Source: Candidatus Iainarchaeum sp.
Lineage (GTDB): Archaea; Iainarchaeota; Iainarchaeia; Iainarchaeales; 0-14-0-20-30-16
DNA length: 32,000 bases
Direction of reading: 5' to 3'
Assembly: GCA_028710695.1 (NCBI GenBank)
Contig: JAQTTP010000001.1
Location: 120,001 to 152,000, forward strand
The notes under the pieces: generated by a model
Told to the model about the DNA's origin: nothing
The model's input: only the letters and a program-made list of their open reading frames with translations
Database searches by the model: none
In this document: positions 8,808 to 16,783 of the stretch, one piece after another
How the letters are laid out: each line of letters starts with the position of its first letter
How positions within the stretch are numbered: the stretch's first letter is position 1
Translations under genes and position numbers: made by a program

Positions 8808-10471
8808 ATTAGCGGATTATATGGTGGGAAATTTGTGTTTAAACTAGATTTTAGCTTCGCAATTTCATTATCGCACCAAACAAGCATTTTTTTATAATAT
8901 CCTTCAGTACTTGTATCTGTGTTTTGTGGGTTTGTTAATATTTCTAGTTGTAATTGAATTGTATCTACTAATACAGTATTATTTGCTTTTTTGGCCTGTT
9001 CTAAGCTTTCTAAAAGCTCTTTCTTCATTAGTTCTTTATTTTTTTTCATTGCGTCGGTTTCTTTTGGGGGCTCTATTTCATCAAGTTGCATTTGTGTTGC
9101 TGCAGCCATGTCAGCATCCCCCACCTGCTTGTAGTACTTTTGTTGTTCTAACAGCTCCGTCTTTCTGCTCTCCTTATCTTTTTTTGAAGCCTCACTCTCA
9201 ACTACTTTTTGTTTTGATTTTTTTTCTACAAGTTCTTTTAGTTTTTGTTCATATTCTTTTTTTGAATTTAAAATAGACTGATATTGATTAGCTGCTTGCT
9301 GGTTCTTTATTATTGCTCTTGCCCTTGGATCTATGCTATTTGCAGGATCTGAATAAATGCTATCCCCCTTGATAGTAATTTTGCTAGTTATAATAAAATC
9401 GGTAGGGGCATGACCTGGCATATTTGGATACCCAATTTTTCCACTATTATTATTTTTAATGGGGTTTGGTGTTCCAAAAATAGCTACAGAATTATCTCTA
9501 CAAAGTTCTAAATATGCGGAAATTTCATCACAAGCTTTTGATGACCTTTGGCCAACTTTGGCAATATACTTTGCAGCAATAGCAGCAGGCATTTTTGCAA
9601 TTAAGTTGTCTTGAATATTTTCCATCATTTTTGAAGATGGTAAAAACTCGAAATTAGGATATCCTGCAGGGAACTTTAAAAGGTTGTTTACATTTTTATT
9701 TCTGTCTAAAACTTTAATTTGGAATATTCCTTTGATTAATGAAACTGCAACAAAGTTATATTTAATAACTGTTGATGAACTATTTCTTTTAATAACATCT
9801 GGAACTTGAGATGGATCCATAAATGCTGGTTCTGGATGCTCTTCTTTTTTTGTTAAAATTAAACTAACTTCCGAATTTGGAAAAATAAAAATTTCTCTAT
9901 TATAATCGTCATTTGAAATAAAATCATTAATTGTGACGTAAGAATCGTTTCCAGTTTCTATTATATCTCCATTTTCTAAAACAAAAACAGAGTCGTTTGG
10001 GTTCATAAGCCTACTACCCATACCCATGCTTTCGCAAGGAGGAATAGAACTTTCTGGAAGAACTATTCTCTGTCCGCCACGTCTAACATACGCTTTGCCC
10101 ATGGCTTTAAAAGTAGGTGAAGATATGTGTGTATTTTTTGCTACTGTCAAAAATGAAAAATTATGTTTTTTCAGTAGTTCTATTTTTGTTTTGAATTTAT
10201 CATCATACTTGTATTCTACAGATATTCCATTAATAGACTTTGAAAATACTATCGGCGGATTGACTTTAAATTCGTCAGCAATCTTTTGGCATTCTTCTAT
10301 TTCTTCTAAATCTTTTCCTATTTGTCTGCCTTTTGCTTTAAATTCCTCTGTTTCTTTAGAATACGAGGTATCTGCTTTTATTTTTTTTATTGCATCTTCC
10401 TTCATTTTATTAATACGTGCAAAGAATTCTGCATCACTTTCCATTTTTGTACTTTTTTTATTGGTTACCAT
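8804..10471 (-). CDS. Conserved-looking hypothetical protein: beta-rich (FecR-like?) core plus charged helical C-terminus
   Basis: 555-aa ORF. 'LENGDIIETGNDSYVTINDF' and 'IFIFPNSEVSLI' resemble FecR-type motifs. The C-terminus is Lys/Glu-rich coiled coil. No signal peptide evident. Confidence 0.7.
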   Translation of the reverse strand: MVTNKKSTKMESDAEFFARINKMKEDAIKKIKADTSYSKETEEFKAKGRQIGKDLEEIEECQKIADEFKVNPPIVFSKSINGISVEYKYDDKFKTKIELLKKHNFSFLTVAKNTHISSPTFKAMGKAYVRRGGQRIVLPESSIPPCESMGMGSRLMNPNDSVFVLENGDIIETGNDSYVTINDFISNDDYNREIFIFPNSEVSLILTKKEEHPEPAFMDPSQVPDVIKRNSSSTVIKYNFVAVSLIKGIFQIKVLDRNKNVNNLLKFPAGYPNFEFLPSSKMMENIQDNLIAKMPAAIAAKYIAKVGQRSSKACDEISAYLELCRDNSVAIFGTPNPIKNNNSGKIGYPNMPGHAPTDFIITSKITIKGDSIYSDPANSIDPRARAIIKNQQAANQYQSILNSKKEYEQKLKELVEKKSKQKVVESEASKKDKESRKTELLEQQKYYKQVGDADMAAATQMQLDEIEPPKETDAMKKNKELMKKELLESLEQAKKANNTVLVDTIQLQLEILTNPQNTDTSTEGYYKKMLVWCDNEIAKLKSSLNTNFPPYNPLI

Positions 10472-10478
10472 ATTTACA

Positions 10479-11684
10479 CTACCCTACTTTCACAGCACCA
10501 AATTTTTCTGTTAATGGTTTGTAAGTTCTCGGATTTTCTAAAATGTCATCATAGCTTTTTCCGTCAGAAGTTTTTGTAAGTTCTTTTGTCTTTGTTTTTA
10601 CTCCTGCCATACTGCCGGCAAAAGTTTTTGCAAATCTGTCAATGTTTTCATTACCCATGCCCTCTGTAAACCCCTTCATCATATTTAGACCTTTTTTCAT
10701 TTCTGCCATAAGACCTTTATCTTCCATCATTTTTAACATGTTTGGCAATTCTTTCATTTGTGCCATTATTTCAGGAGTAACTTCCGCCCCGCCTTGTTTC
10801 ATTAATCTAGTTAAATCATCTGGAGACATATTTTTCATCATTTCCATTGATCCTACTCCTTGTTCTAAATTGTTACCCAAATTTTTTATTTGATTAGCAT
10901 AATCAGTTGGATCAATAGTTGGTATTGAATTAGTTAGCATTTGATGAAATGTTGAAAGTAATGCCATTTGATTTTGGAATATATCATCCATGTTTGTCAA
11001 ACCCTTTCTATAAATTCCGTCTCTAGTTACAATTATTTCTTCAAAAGTGCTGGATTTTGCAGTGAATGTTTTTTTTGTCAGTTTATTCGTGTATTCTACT
11101 CCGCCCGCACCAATAGATGTTGATGCCGTTGGGGCACTATATACTGCGTTTTCAGATACATCAAAAAATCCATTGCCATCAAAATTAAATTTTATTAATG
11201 CAACAGGGGTTGTTAAAATATCTTCAGTATGGGAATAGCCTATTTGAAAAAAACCTTTTTTTAGTTCTACATTTTTTATTAGTTCTCCATGGTGCCTTTC
11301 TTTTGTTTTTGCATCTGTTTTGTCCCAACTTTCAAATCCAGATACTTGTAATTCACTATTTGGGCCCATAAAAATGCCTTTTGATGCTCTTGATTTGTAA
11401 TCATCAATTGGCTTGTCTTTACCTTTATTATAGCTAATGTCTATGTGAATTTTTGTTTTTGCACCAGAAATGATTGTATCCCCTTCCATAAGTTTTGGAT
11501 AATCTTTTCTAAACTTTTCAATTTTTTTATTATCTTTTGTTTTTTGGAATTCACTAATTAGATCAGTTTCCGTTTCTACAGGCGGAATATTAACTTTTTT
11601 TCCATCCTTTCTTTTTATAAATGCATTTGGGCCTGCAGCGCTCAAATCAATATGCCCTGTTTCAATATCAAAAAGCATTGCCAT
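10479..11684 (-). CDS. Hypothetical protein: FecR-like core plus Met-rich amphipathic helical C-terminus
   Basis: 'LMEGDTIISGAKTKIHIDI...GIFMGPNSELQVSGF...VELKKGFFQIGY' resembles the FecR-domain pattern. C-terminus 'MEMMKNMSPDDLTRLMKQ...EIMAQMKELPNMLKMM'. ATG start 11684. Confidence 0.7.
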   Translation of the reverse strand: MAMLFDIETGHIDLSAAGPNAFIKRKDGKKVNIPPVETETDLISEFQKTKDNKKIEKFRKDYPKLMEGDTIISGAKTKIHIDISYNKGKDKPIDDYKSRASKGIFMGPNSELQVSGFESWDKTDAKTKERHHGELIKNVELKKGFFQIGYSHTEDILTTPVALIKFNFDGNGFFDVSENAVYSAPTASTSIGAGGVEYTNKLTKKTFTAKSSTFEEIIVTRDGIYRKGLTNMDDIFQNQMALLSTFHQMLTNSIPTIDPTDYANQIKNLGNNLEQGVGSMEMMKNMSPDDLTRLMKQGGAEVTPEIMAQMKELPNMLKMMEDKGLMAEMKKGLNMMKGFTEGMGNENIDRFAKTFAGSMAGVKTKTKELTKTSDGKSYDDILENPRTYKPLTEKFGAVKVG

Positions 11685-11700
11685 CAAATCACCAAAATAC

Positions 11701-12009
11701 TTACTTTAATTGACCACCACATTGTTTACAAAACTTTGTACCAACTGGATATTCAACATTACACTTTGCACAAACAACAATTAATCTATAACCGCAACCA
11801 GGACAAAACTTTGCGTCTGGTTCTAGCTTTATTTTACATTTCGGACATTTTTCTAATATTTTTGTTGCACTTTTGTCTCCCTTTATTTTGCTAATTCCCT
11901 TTTCTACACCACCAGTAATAGTATTTGTTGCTGCATCTGTTGCTCTATAAGTTAAATTATCTGCAGTTCTATTGAAAATTTTGTCTACAACACCATCAAA
12001 TAAACCCAT
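11701..12009 (-). CDS. Double zinc-ribbon small protein
   Basis: 'CPKCKIKLEPDAKFCPGCG' and 'CAKCNVEYPVGTKFCKQCG': two consecutive CxxC-x(10,11)-CxxC ribbons after an N-terminal helical region. Confidence 0.82.
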   Translation of the reverse strand: MGLFDGVVDKIFNRTADNLTYRATDAATNTITGGVEKGISKIKGDKSATKILEKCPKCKIKLEPDAKFCPGCGYRLIVVCAKCNVEYPVGTKFCKQCGGQLK

Positions 12010-12081
12010 AAATAATCACCCTAAGTTATATAAAATAAATAAGTATAAAAGAGTTGCCCCCGTTGGGATTACTTCTGTGAG

Positions 12082-12933
12082 TTAAATATTTCCTAAATAC
12101 ACGTACTTTAAATACTTTTTTCCAATTTTTTCTGCCTCTTTTAAACTTTGTAGTTCGGTAGGGCTTTTGTTAAGCATTTTGTACATTGGGAAAAATCTAG
12201 AAATATGCCAAGGAATGTTTTTGTCAACGCTCGCAATGAATTTTGCAATATTTTCCAATTCTTTCTTGGAATCATTTTCGCCAGGAATTAATAATGTAGT
12301 TAATTCAATGTGAATTCCTTTTTTGTGTACTCTTTTTATTGAATCCAAAACAGGCTTTAGTTTTGTTCCGGAATGTTTTAAATAAAAATCATTTGAAAAA
12401 GATTTCAAATCAATATTCATTGCATCTATGTAAGGAGCAATAAAATCTAAAGACTTTTTTGTAAAATATCCATTTGTAACCAGGATATTTTTTAGACCAT
12501 TTTTATGCGCAAGTTCTGCAACATCTTTTACAAATTCAATGAAGATTGTTGGCTCATTGTAAGTATATGAAATACTTTTGCATCCAGACTCTAAAGCAAG
12601 TTCAACAATCTTTTTAACAGTATATTTCTGCCCCATAATTGTTTTTTCTTGAGAGATATCTGCGTTTTGGCAAAATTTGCATTTAAAATTGCAGCCAACA
12701 GTTCCAAAAGAAAAAGTTTTTGTGTTTGGAAGAAAATGATACAATGGTTTCTTTTCAATTGGGTCTACATGCACAGCAACTGGCTTGCCATAAACAAGCA
12801 GGTAAAGTTTATTTTTTAGATTTTTCCTTACTCCACACAAACCAGTTTTTCCATCAGAAATTACACATTTGTTTGCACAAGCAAGACATTGTACTTTGCC
12901 TTTGTAAGGCTTGTAAAGAATACATTCTTTCAT
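12082..12933 (-). CDS. amrS: AmmeMemoRadiSam system radical SAM enzyme
   Basis: 'CLACANKCVISDGKTGLCGVRKN' N-terminal Cys motif, radical-SAM 'GCNFKCKFCQN', 'SISYTYNEPTIFIEF', 'WHISRFFPMYKM'. Reads as the PflA-like AmrS family. Confidence 0.9.
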   Translation of the reverse strand: MKECILYKPYKGKVQCLACANKCVISDGKTGLCGVRKNLKNKLYLLVYGKPVAVHVDPIEKKPLYHFLPNTKTFSFGTVGCNFKCKFCQNADISQEKTIMGQKYTVKKIVELALESGCKSISYTYNEPTIFIEFVKDVAELAHKNGLKNILVTNGYFTKKSLDFIAPYIDAMNIDLKSFSNDFYLKHSGTKLKPVLDSIKRVHKKGIHIELTTLLIPGENDSKKELENIAKFIASVDKNIPWHISRFFPMYKMLNKSPTELQSLKEAEKIGKKYLKYVYLGNI

Positions 12934-12966
12934 AACTATTATTAAGTTTAAGTTCTTATATTTCTT

Positions 12967-13671
12967 ATGGTTGTAGAATGGTATCCAGCAAGTAGGGCAG
13001 AACTAAACTTTATGTTAGAAGAATATCTAAATAACAAAGTGAAAGCAACAAAAAATATTCACGGACTTATTGTTCCGCACGCAGGTTATGAATTTTCTGG
13101 TGCTATTGCGGGGAAAGCATATTCTTTGTTAAAAGGAAAGAAATACGATAAAGTAATTATTCTTGGGCCCTCTCATTACAAGGGCTTTAAAGGAATCAAA
13201 GCCTTAAAAGAAATTATAACACCATTTGGAAAAGCGAAAATTACAAAAAATGATTATGAAAAATTAGATTATGAACATTCAATTCAAAACCAATTTCCCT
13301 TTATTCAAAAAATCTTGCCAAAAGCAGAAATACTACCATTAGTTGTAGGCCAAATAACCTTGAAAGAAGCAGAAGAATATGCAAAGAAGCTAATAACCCC
13401 AAACACATTATTTATCATATCTACTGACCTGAGCCATTTTTTGCCCTATGCGATTGCAGAAACAGCAGATAAGAAGACGATAAACATAATAGCAACACTA
13501 GACTTCGACAGCTTACAAGACTTAGATGCCTGCGGGATATTTCCTTTGCTTATTGGCATGAAAATATGTGAATTGAGGGGCTATAAGCCAAAGCTTGCGG
13601 AATACAAGAATTCAGGGGATGTTACTGGGGATAAGAATTCTGTTGTTGGATATGCTTCTTTCTGGTTCTAA
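12967..13671 (+). CDS. amrB: AmmeMemoRadiSam system protein B (MEMO1 family)
   Basis: 'GLIVPHAGYEFSGAIAGKAYSLL', 'VIILGPSHY', 'LFIISTDLSHFLPY': canonical MEMO motifs. Divergent from amrS. Confidence 0.92.
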   Translation: MVVEWYPASRAELNFMLEEYLNNKVKATKNIHGLIVPHAGYEFSGAIAGKAYSLLKGKKYDKVIILGPSHYKGFKGIKALKEIITPFGKAKITKNDYEKLDYEHSIQNQFPFIQKILPKAEILPLVVGQITLKEAEEYAKKLITPNTLFIISTDLSHFLPYAIAETADKKTINIIATLDFDSLQDLDACGIFPLLIGMKICELRGYKPKLAEYKNSGDVTGDKNSVVGYASFWF

Positions 13672-13786
13672 AGGGATTACTTTTTATTAATTTGCCCCCA
13701 AATCTATCTTAAGAAAGCTTATAGGTGTCAAAGTTTAACCTGTGCCTTTAGGTATTGGTATTTTTTGACTTATTATTTGCTTATTT

Positions 13787-13867
13787 TTTGCCAGTTAAGG
13801 GCTATCGAGAAGCAGTTGCTTCGAAGATGGGCCCACTTTTGGCAGACTGTGCCTTTTTGTAAAAGGC
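13787..13867 (+). ncRNA. Candidate structured RNA element upstream of tRNA-Ser (class unknown)
   Basis: Nested complementarity: TTTGCCA(13787-13793)/TGGCAGA(13840-13846), GGGCTATC(13799-13806)/GATGGGCCC(13826-13834, one bulge), GAAGC(13809-13813)/GCTTC(13818-13822). A second perfect 7-bp hairpin, GCCTTTT-TGT-AAAAGGC, lies at 13851-13867. Confidence 0.35.
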
Positions 13868-13870
13868 TAG

Positions 13871-13953
13871 GCAGGGGTAGCGAAGTGGCTAACGCGTCAG
13901 ACTGCTAATCTGATCTCCGCAAGGAGGCGAGGGTCCGAATCCCTCTCCCTGCG
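13871..13953 (+). tRNA. tRNA-Ser (anticodon GCU)
   Basis: Acceptor GCAGGGG/TCCCTGC, anticodon stem TCAGA/TCTGA with loop CTGCTAA, variable-arm hairpin CTCC-GCAA-GGAG, T-arm GAGGG-TCCGAAT-CCCTC. Long variable arm is typical of Ser. Confidence 0.95.
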
Positions 13954-14104
13954 TCTGTCTTTTCTTTCTTTTCCAAAAAGAAAGAAAACCTAAGTTTGCT
14001 AAAGAAAGAAAAGGAAAGTATTGGTTTTCTAAAAAGGCTGGATTTTAAACTTTTTCTTTATCTTATATATATTATAATATTTTGACTTGTTTTGTGTGAT
14101 TTGA

Positions 14105-16771
14105 ATGGCTGAAGAACTAAATATGCAAAAGATAGAAGCAAAATGGCAAAAGAAATGGGAAAAAGAGAAGATCTTTGAAGCAAACCCTAATAATAAAAAG
14201 AAATTTTTCATAAACTTTCCATATCCTTATCTTAATGGCTATTTGCACTTAGGGCACGCATTTTCTTCAGTAAGAGTAGATGTAATGGCAAGGTACAAAA
14301 GAATGCAAGGATTTAATGTTTTATTTCCACAAGGCTGGCATTATACTGGTACCCCCGTTTGGGCCGCAGCACAAAGGATTAAAGAAAAAGAACCAAAGCA
14401 AATTAAGATGATGAAAGCAATGGGCTTTTTAGATAAAGATATTGGAAAATTTTCTGATATACAGCACTGGGCAGATGTTTTTGTGCCTGCTGCAAAAGAT
14501 GATTTTTCAAAGTTGGGAAACAGCATTGATTGGAGACGAAGTTTTATTACCACAAGTATGAATCCGCCTTATGACAAATTTGTTTGTTGGCAATTCAGAA
14601 AATTAAAGGAAAAAGGACTAGTAGTCACGGGTGAACATCCAGTTGTTTGGTGTCCTAAAGACAATATGCCAATTGGAGACCACGACAGAGGAGAAGGAGA
14701 AGGCGAAACTACCCAAGATTTTATTTGGATTAAATTTAGAATGAAGAATTCGGATCTAATATTAATGGCAGGAACAACAAGGCCTGATGCTCTATATGGT
14801 CAAACTAACTTATGGGTTGACCCTAAAGGAGATTATGTTGTTGTAAAAGTAAAAGATGAAAAATGGGTTGTTGGAAAAGAAGTTGTTGATAAAATAAAAA
14901 ATCAATATTGTCCTGAGGTAAAGATAGTGGAAAAAATAGATCCCAAACAATTAATTGGGCAGTGGGTTAAAGGCCCATTAGTAAATAATGAAATACACAT
15001 TTTGCCAGCCCATTTTATTAAATCTAATATTGGTTCTGGAATAGTTTATTCCGCATTGGAAGACCCAGTAGATTTATATGAATTGAAAAAAATACAATCT
15101 GATAAAACATATATAAAAAATTTTAACCTTGATGAGAAAGAAGTAAAAAGATTGAAACCAATTTTTATAATTAAAGTTTCGGGAATGGAAGAAAATTTGG
15201 GCGAATCAATTGGAAAAGAATTTGGAGTAAAATCAGACAAAGATGTGAATCAATTGGAAGTTGCAAAAGGAGAATTAAATAAAAGAGTCTTTAGAAAAGG
15301 AGTAATGAATTCTAACTGTGGAATTTGTGCAGGAAAATCAGTGCCAGAAGCACAAATTATATTAAAGAAAAAGTTAGTAGATGAAAAAGATGCAATAATG
15401 TTTTATGAACTATCTGGAAAAGTTGTATGTAGATGCTTGACTCCGGCAATTGTTAAAGTTGTGTCTGACCAATGGTATTTGAAATATGGCGACAAGAACT
15501 GGAAAAAGTCAACACATAAAGAATTAGATAAAATGAAATTATACCCTGAAGCAGTAAGACCACAATTTAATTATGTTCTAGACTGGCTGAATGATTGGGC
15601 TTGTACTCATCACCACGGCGCAGGAACTAAATTGCCCTGGGATAATAAGTGGGTAATAGAATCTTTGTCAGATTCAACAATTTACATGGCGTATTACACA
15701 ATTTCACACTTAATTAAAGATATTCCAGAAGATAAAATTACTGATGAATTATTTGATTATGTTTTCTTAGGAAAAGGTTCTGGAAAAAAAGAATGGAAAA
15801 AACTAAAAGAAGAGTTTGAATATTGGTATCCAATTGATATTAGAAGTTCAGGAAAAGATCTTGTTCAAAACCACCTATCTTTTTGTTTATTTAATCACTC
15901 CGCAATATTTCCTGAAAAACAATGGCCCGGCGGATTTAGTGTTAATGGCTGGTTATTAGTGAACGGAGAGAAAATGTCAAAAAGCAAAGGAAACTTTTTT
16001 ACAATAAGAGAGATGTTAGAAAAGTATCCTGCGGATGTTATTAGGGCAAATTTGATGTTTGGCGGAGAGGGTATAGATGACCCTAATTTTGATTTTAGTA
16101 ATGTTGATTTGCTAATACAGAAGCTTAAAAACTGGGCAGACTTTGCAACAACAAATTATAAAACAGCCAAAGGATCAAAAGAAGAAACAAATTCAGATCT
16201 TATATTCCAACACCATTTAAATGGCTGCTTAAAATTGGGTAGTGAAGCAATGGAAAACATGATGTTTAGAACTGCGTTTGATAAATTGTTTAATCAAATG
16301 CAAAGAGCATTGAAAGATTATATTAATAGAGGGCATACTAATCAAAAAGTTATAAATGATTTTATAGAAATTCAAACAAAAGTAATTGCTCCATTCTGCC
16401 CACATATAACTGAAGAGATTTGGGAAAAACTTGGAAATAAAGGATTCATAAGTTTAGCAAAATGGCCTGCGGCTGATGAATCAAAAATAAATCCAAAGTT
16501 TGATCAAGAAGAGCAGATAATAGAAAAAGTTGCAAGTGACATAAATAATATTTTGAAAATTGTGCTAGAAAAACAAGGTGTGAAAAAAACTAAAGCCTAT
16601 ATTTATGTTTTGCCAAATGAACTGAATTTGTATAATGAATCAATTGACTTGATTAAGAAAAAAACAAATTTGGAAATCACTGTGTTTGCAGTTAATGACA
16701 AAAGCAAATATGACCCAGAAAGTAAATCTGGAAAAACAAAACCTGGAAAACCAGCAATACATTTGGAATAA
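14105..16771 (+). CDS. leuS: Leucine--tRNA ligase (archaeal type)
   Basis: 'FPYPYLNGYLHLGHAFS' (HIGH-type), 'GWHYTGTPVWAAAQRI', 'GEKMSKSKGNF' (KMSKS), 'RADLIRANLMFGGEG'-like anticodon-side motif. Confidence 0.93.
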   Translation: MAEELNMQKIEAKWQKKWEKEKIFEANPNNKKKFFINFPYPYLNGYLHLGHAFSSVRVDVMARYKRMQGFNVLFPQGWHYTGTPVWAAAQRIKEKEPKQIKMMKAMGFLDKDIGKFSDIQHWADVFVPAAKDDFSKLGNSIDWRRSFITTSMNPPYDKFVCWQFRKLKEKGLVVTGEHPVVWCPKDNMPIGDHDRGEGEGETTQDFIWIKFRMKNSDLILMAGTTRPDALYGQTNLWVDPKGDYVVVKVKDEKWVVGKEVVDKIKNQYCPEVKIVEKIDPKQLIGQWVKGPLVNNEIHILPAHFIKSNIGSGIVYSALEDPVDLYELKKIQSDKTYIKNFNLDEKEVKRLKPIFIIKVSGMEENLGESIGKEFGVKSDKDVNQLEVAKGELNKRVFRKGVMNSNCGICAGKSVPEAQIILKKKLVDEKDAIMFYELSGKVVCRCLTPAIVKVVSDQWYLKYGDKNWKKSTHKELDKMKLYPEAVRPQFNYVLDWLNDWACTHHHGAGTKLPWDNKWVIESLSDSTIYMAYYTISHLIKDIPEDKITDELFDYVFLGKGSGKKEWKKLKEEFEYWYPIDIRSSGKDLVQNHLSFCLFNHSAIFPEKQWPGGFSVNGWLLVNGEKMSKSKGNFFTIREMLEKYPADVIRANLMFGGEGIDDPNFDFSNVDLLIQKLKNWADFATTNYKTAKGSKEETNSDLIFQHHLNGCLKLGSEAMENMMFRTAFDKLFNQMQRALKDYINRGHTNQKVINDFIEIQTKVIAPFCPHITEEIWEKLGNKGFISLAKWPAADESKINPKFDQEEQIIEKVASDINNILKIVLEKQGVKKTKAYIYVLPNELNLYNESIDLIKKKTNLEITVFAVNDKSKYDPESKSGKTKPGKPAIHLE

Positions 16772-16783
16772 TTTCTACAGAAG

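Noticed and set aside
13787-13850. H/ACA guide RNA assignment for the structured element
   Set aside because: No ACA/AGA box at the expected 14-16 nt from the pocket edge, and the internal GA/GAA loop lacks a clean kink-turn bulge. Kept only as an unclassified structured RNA.
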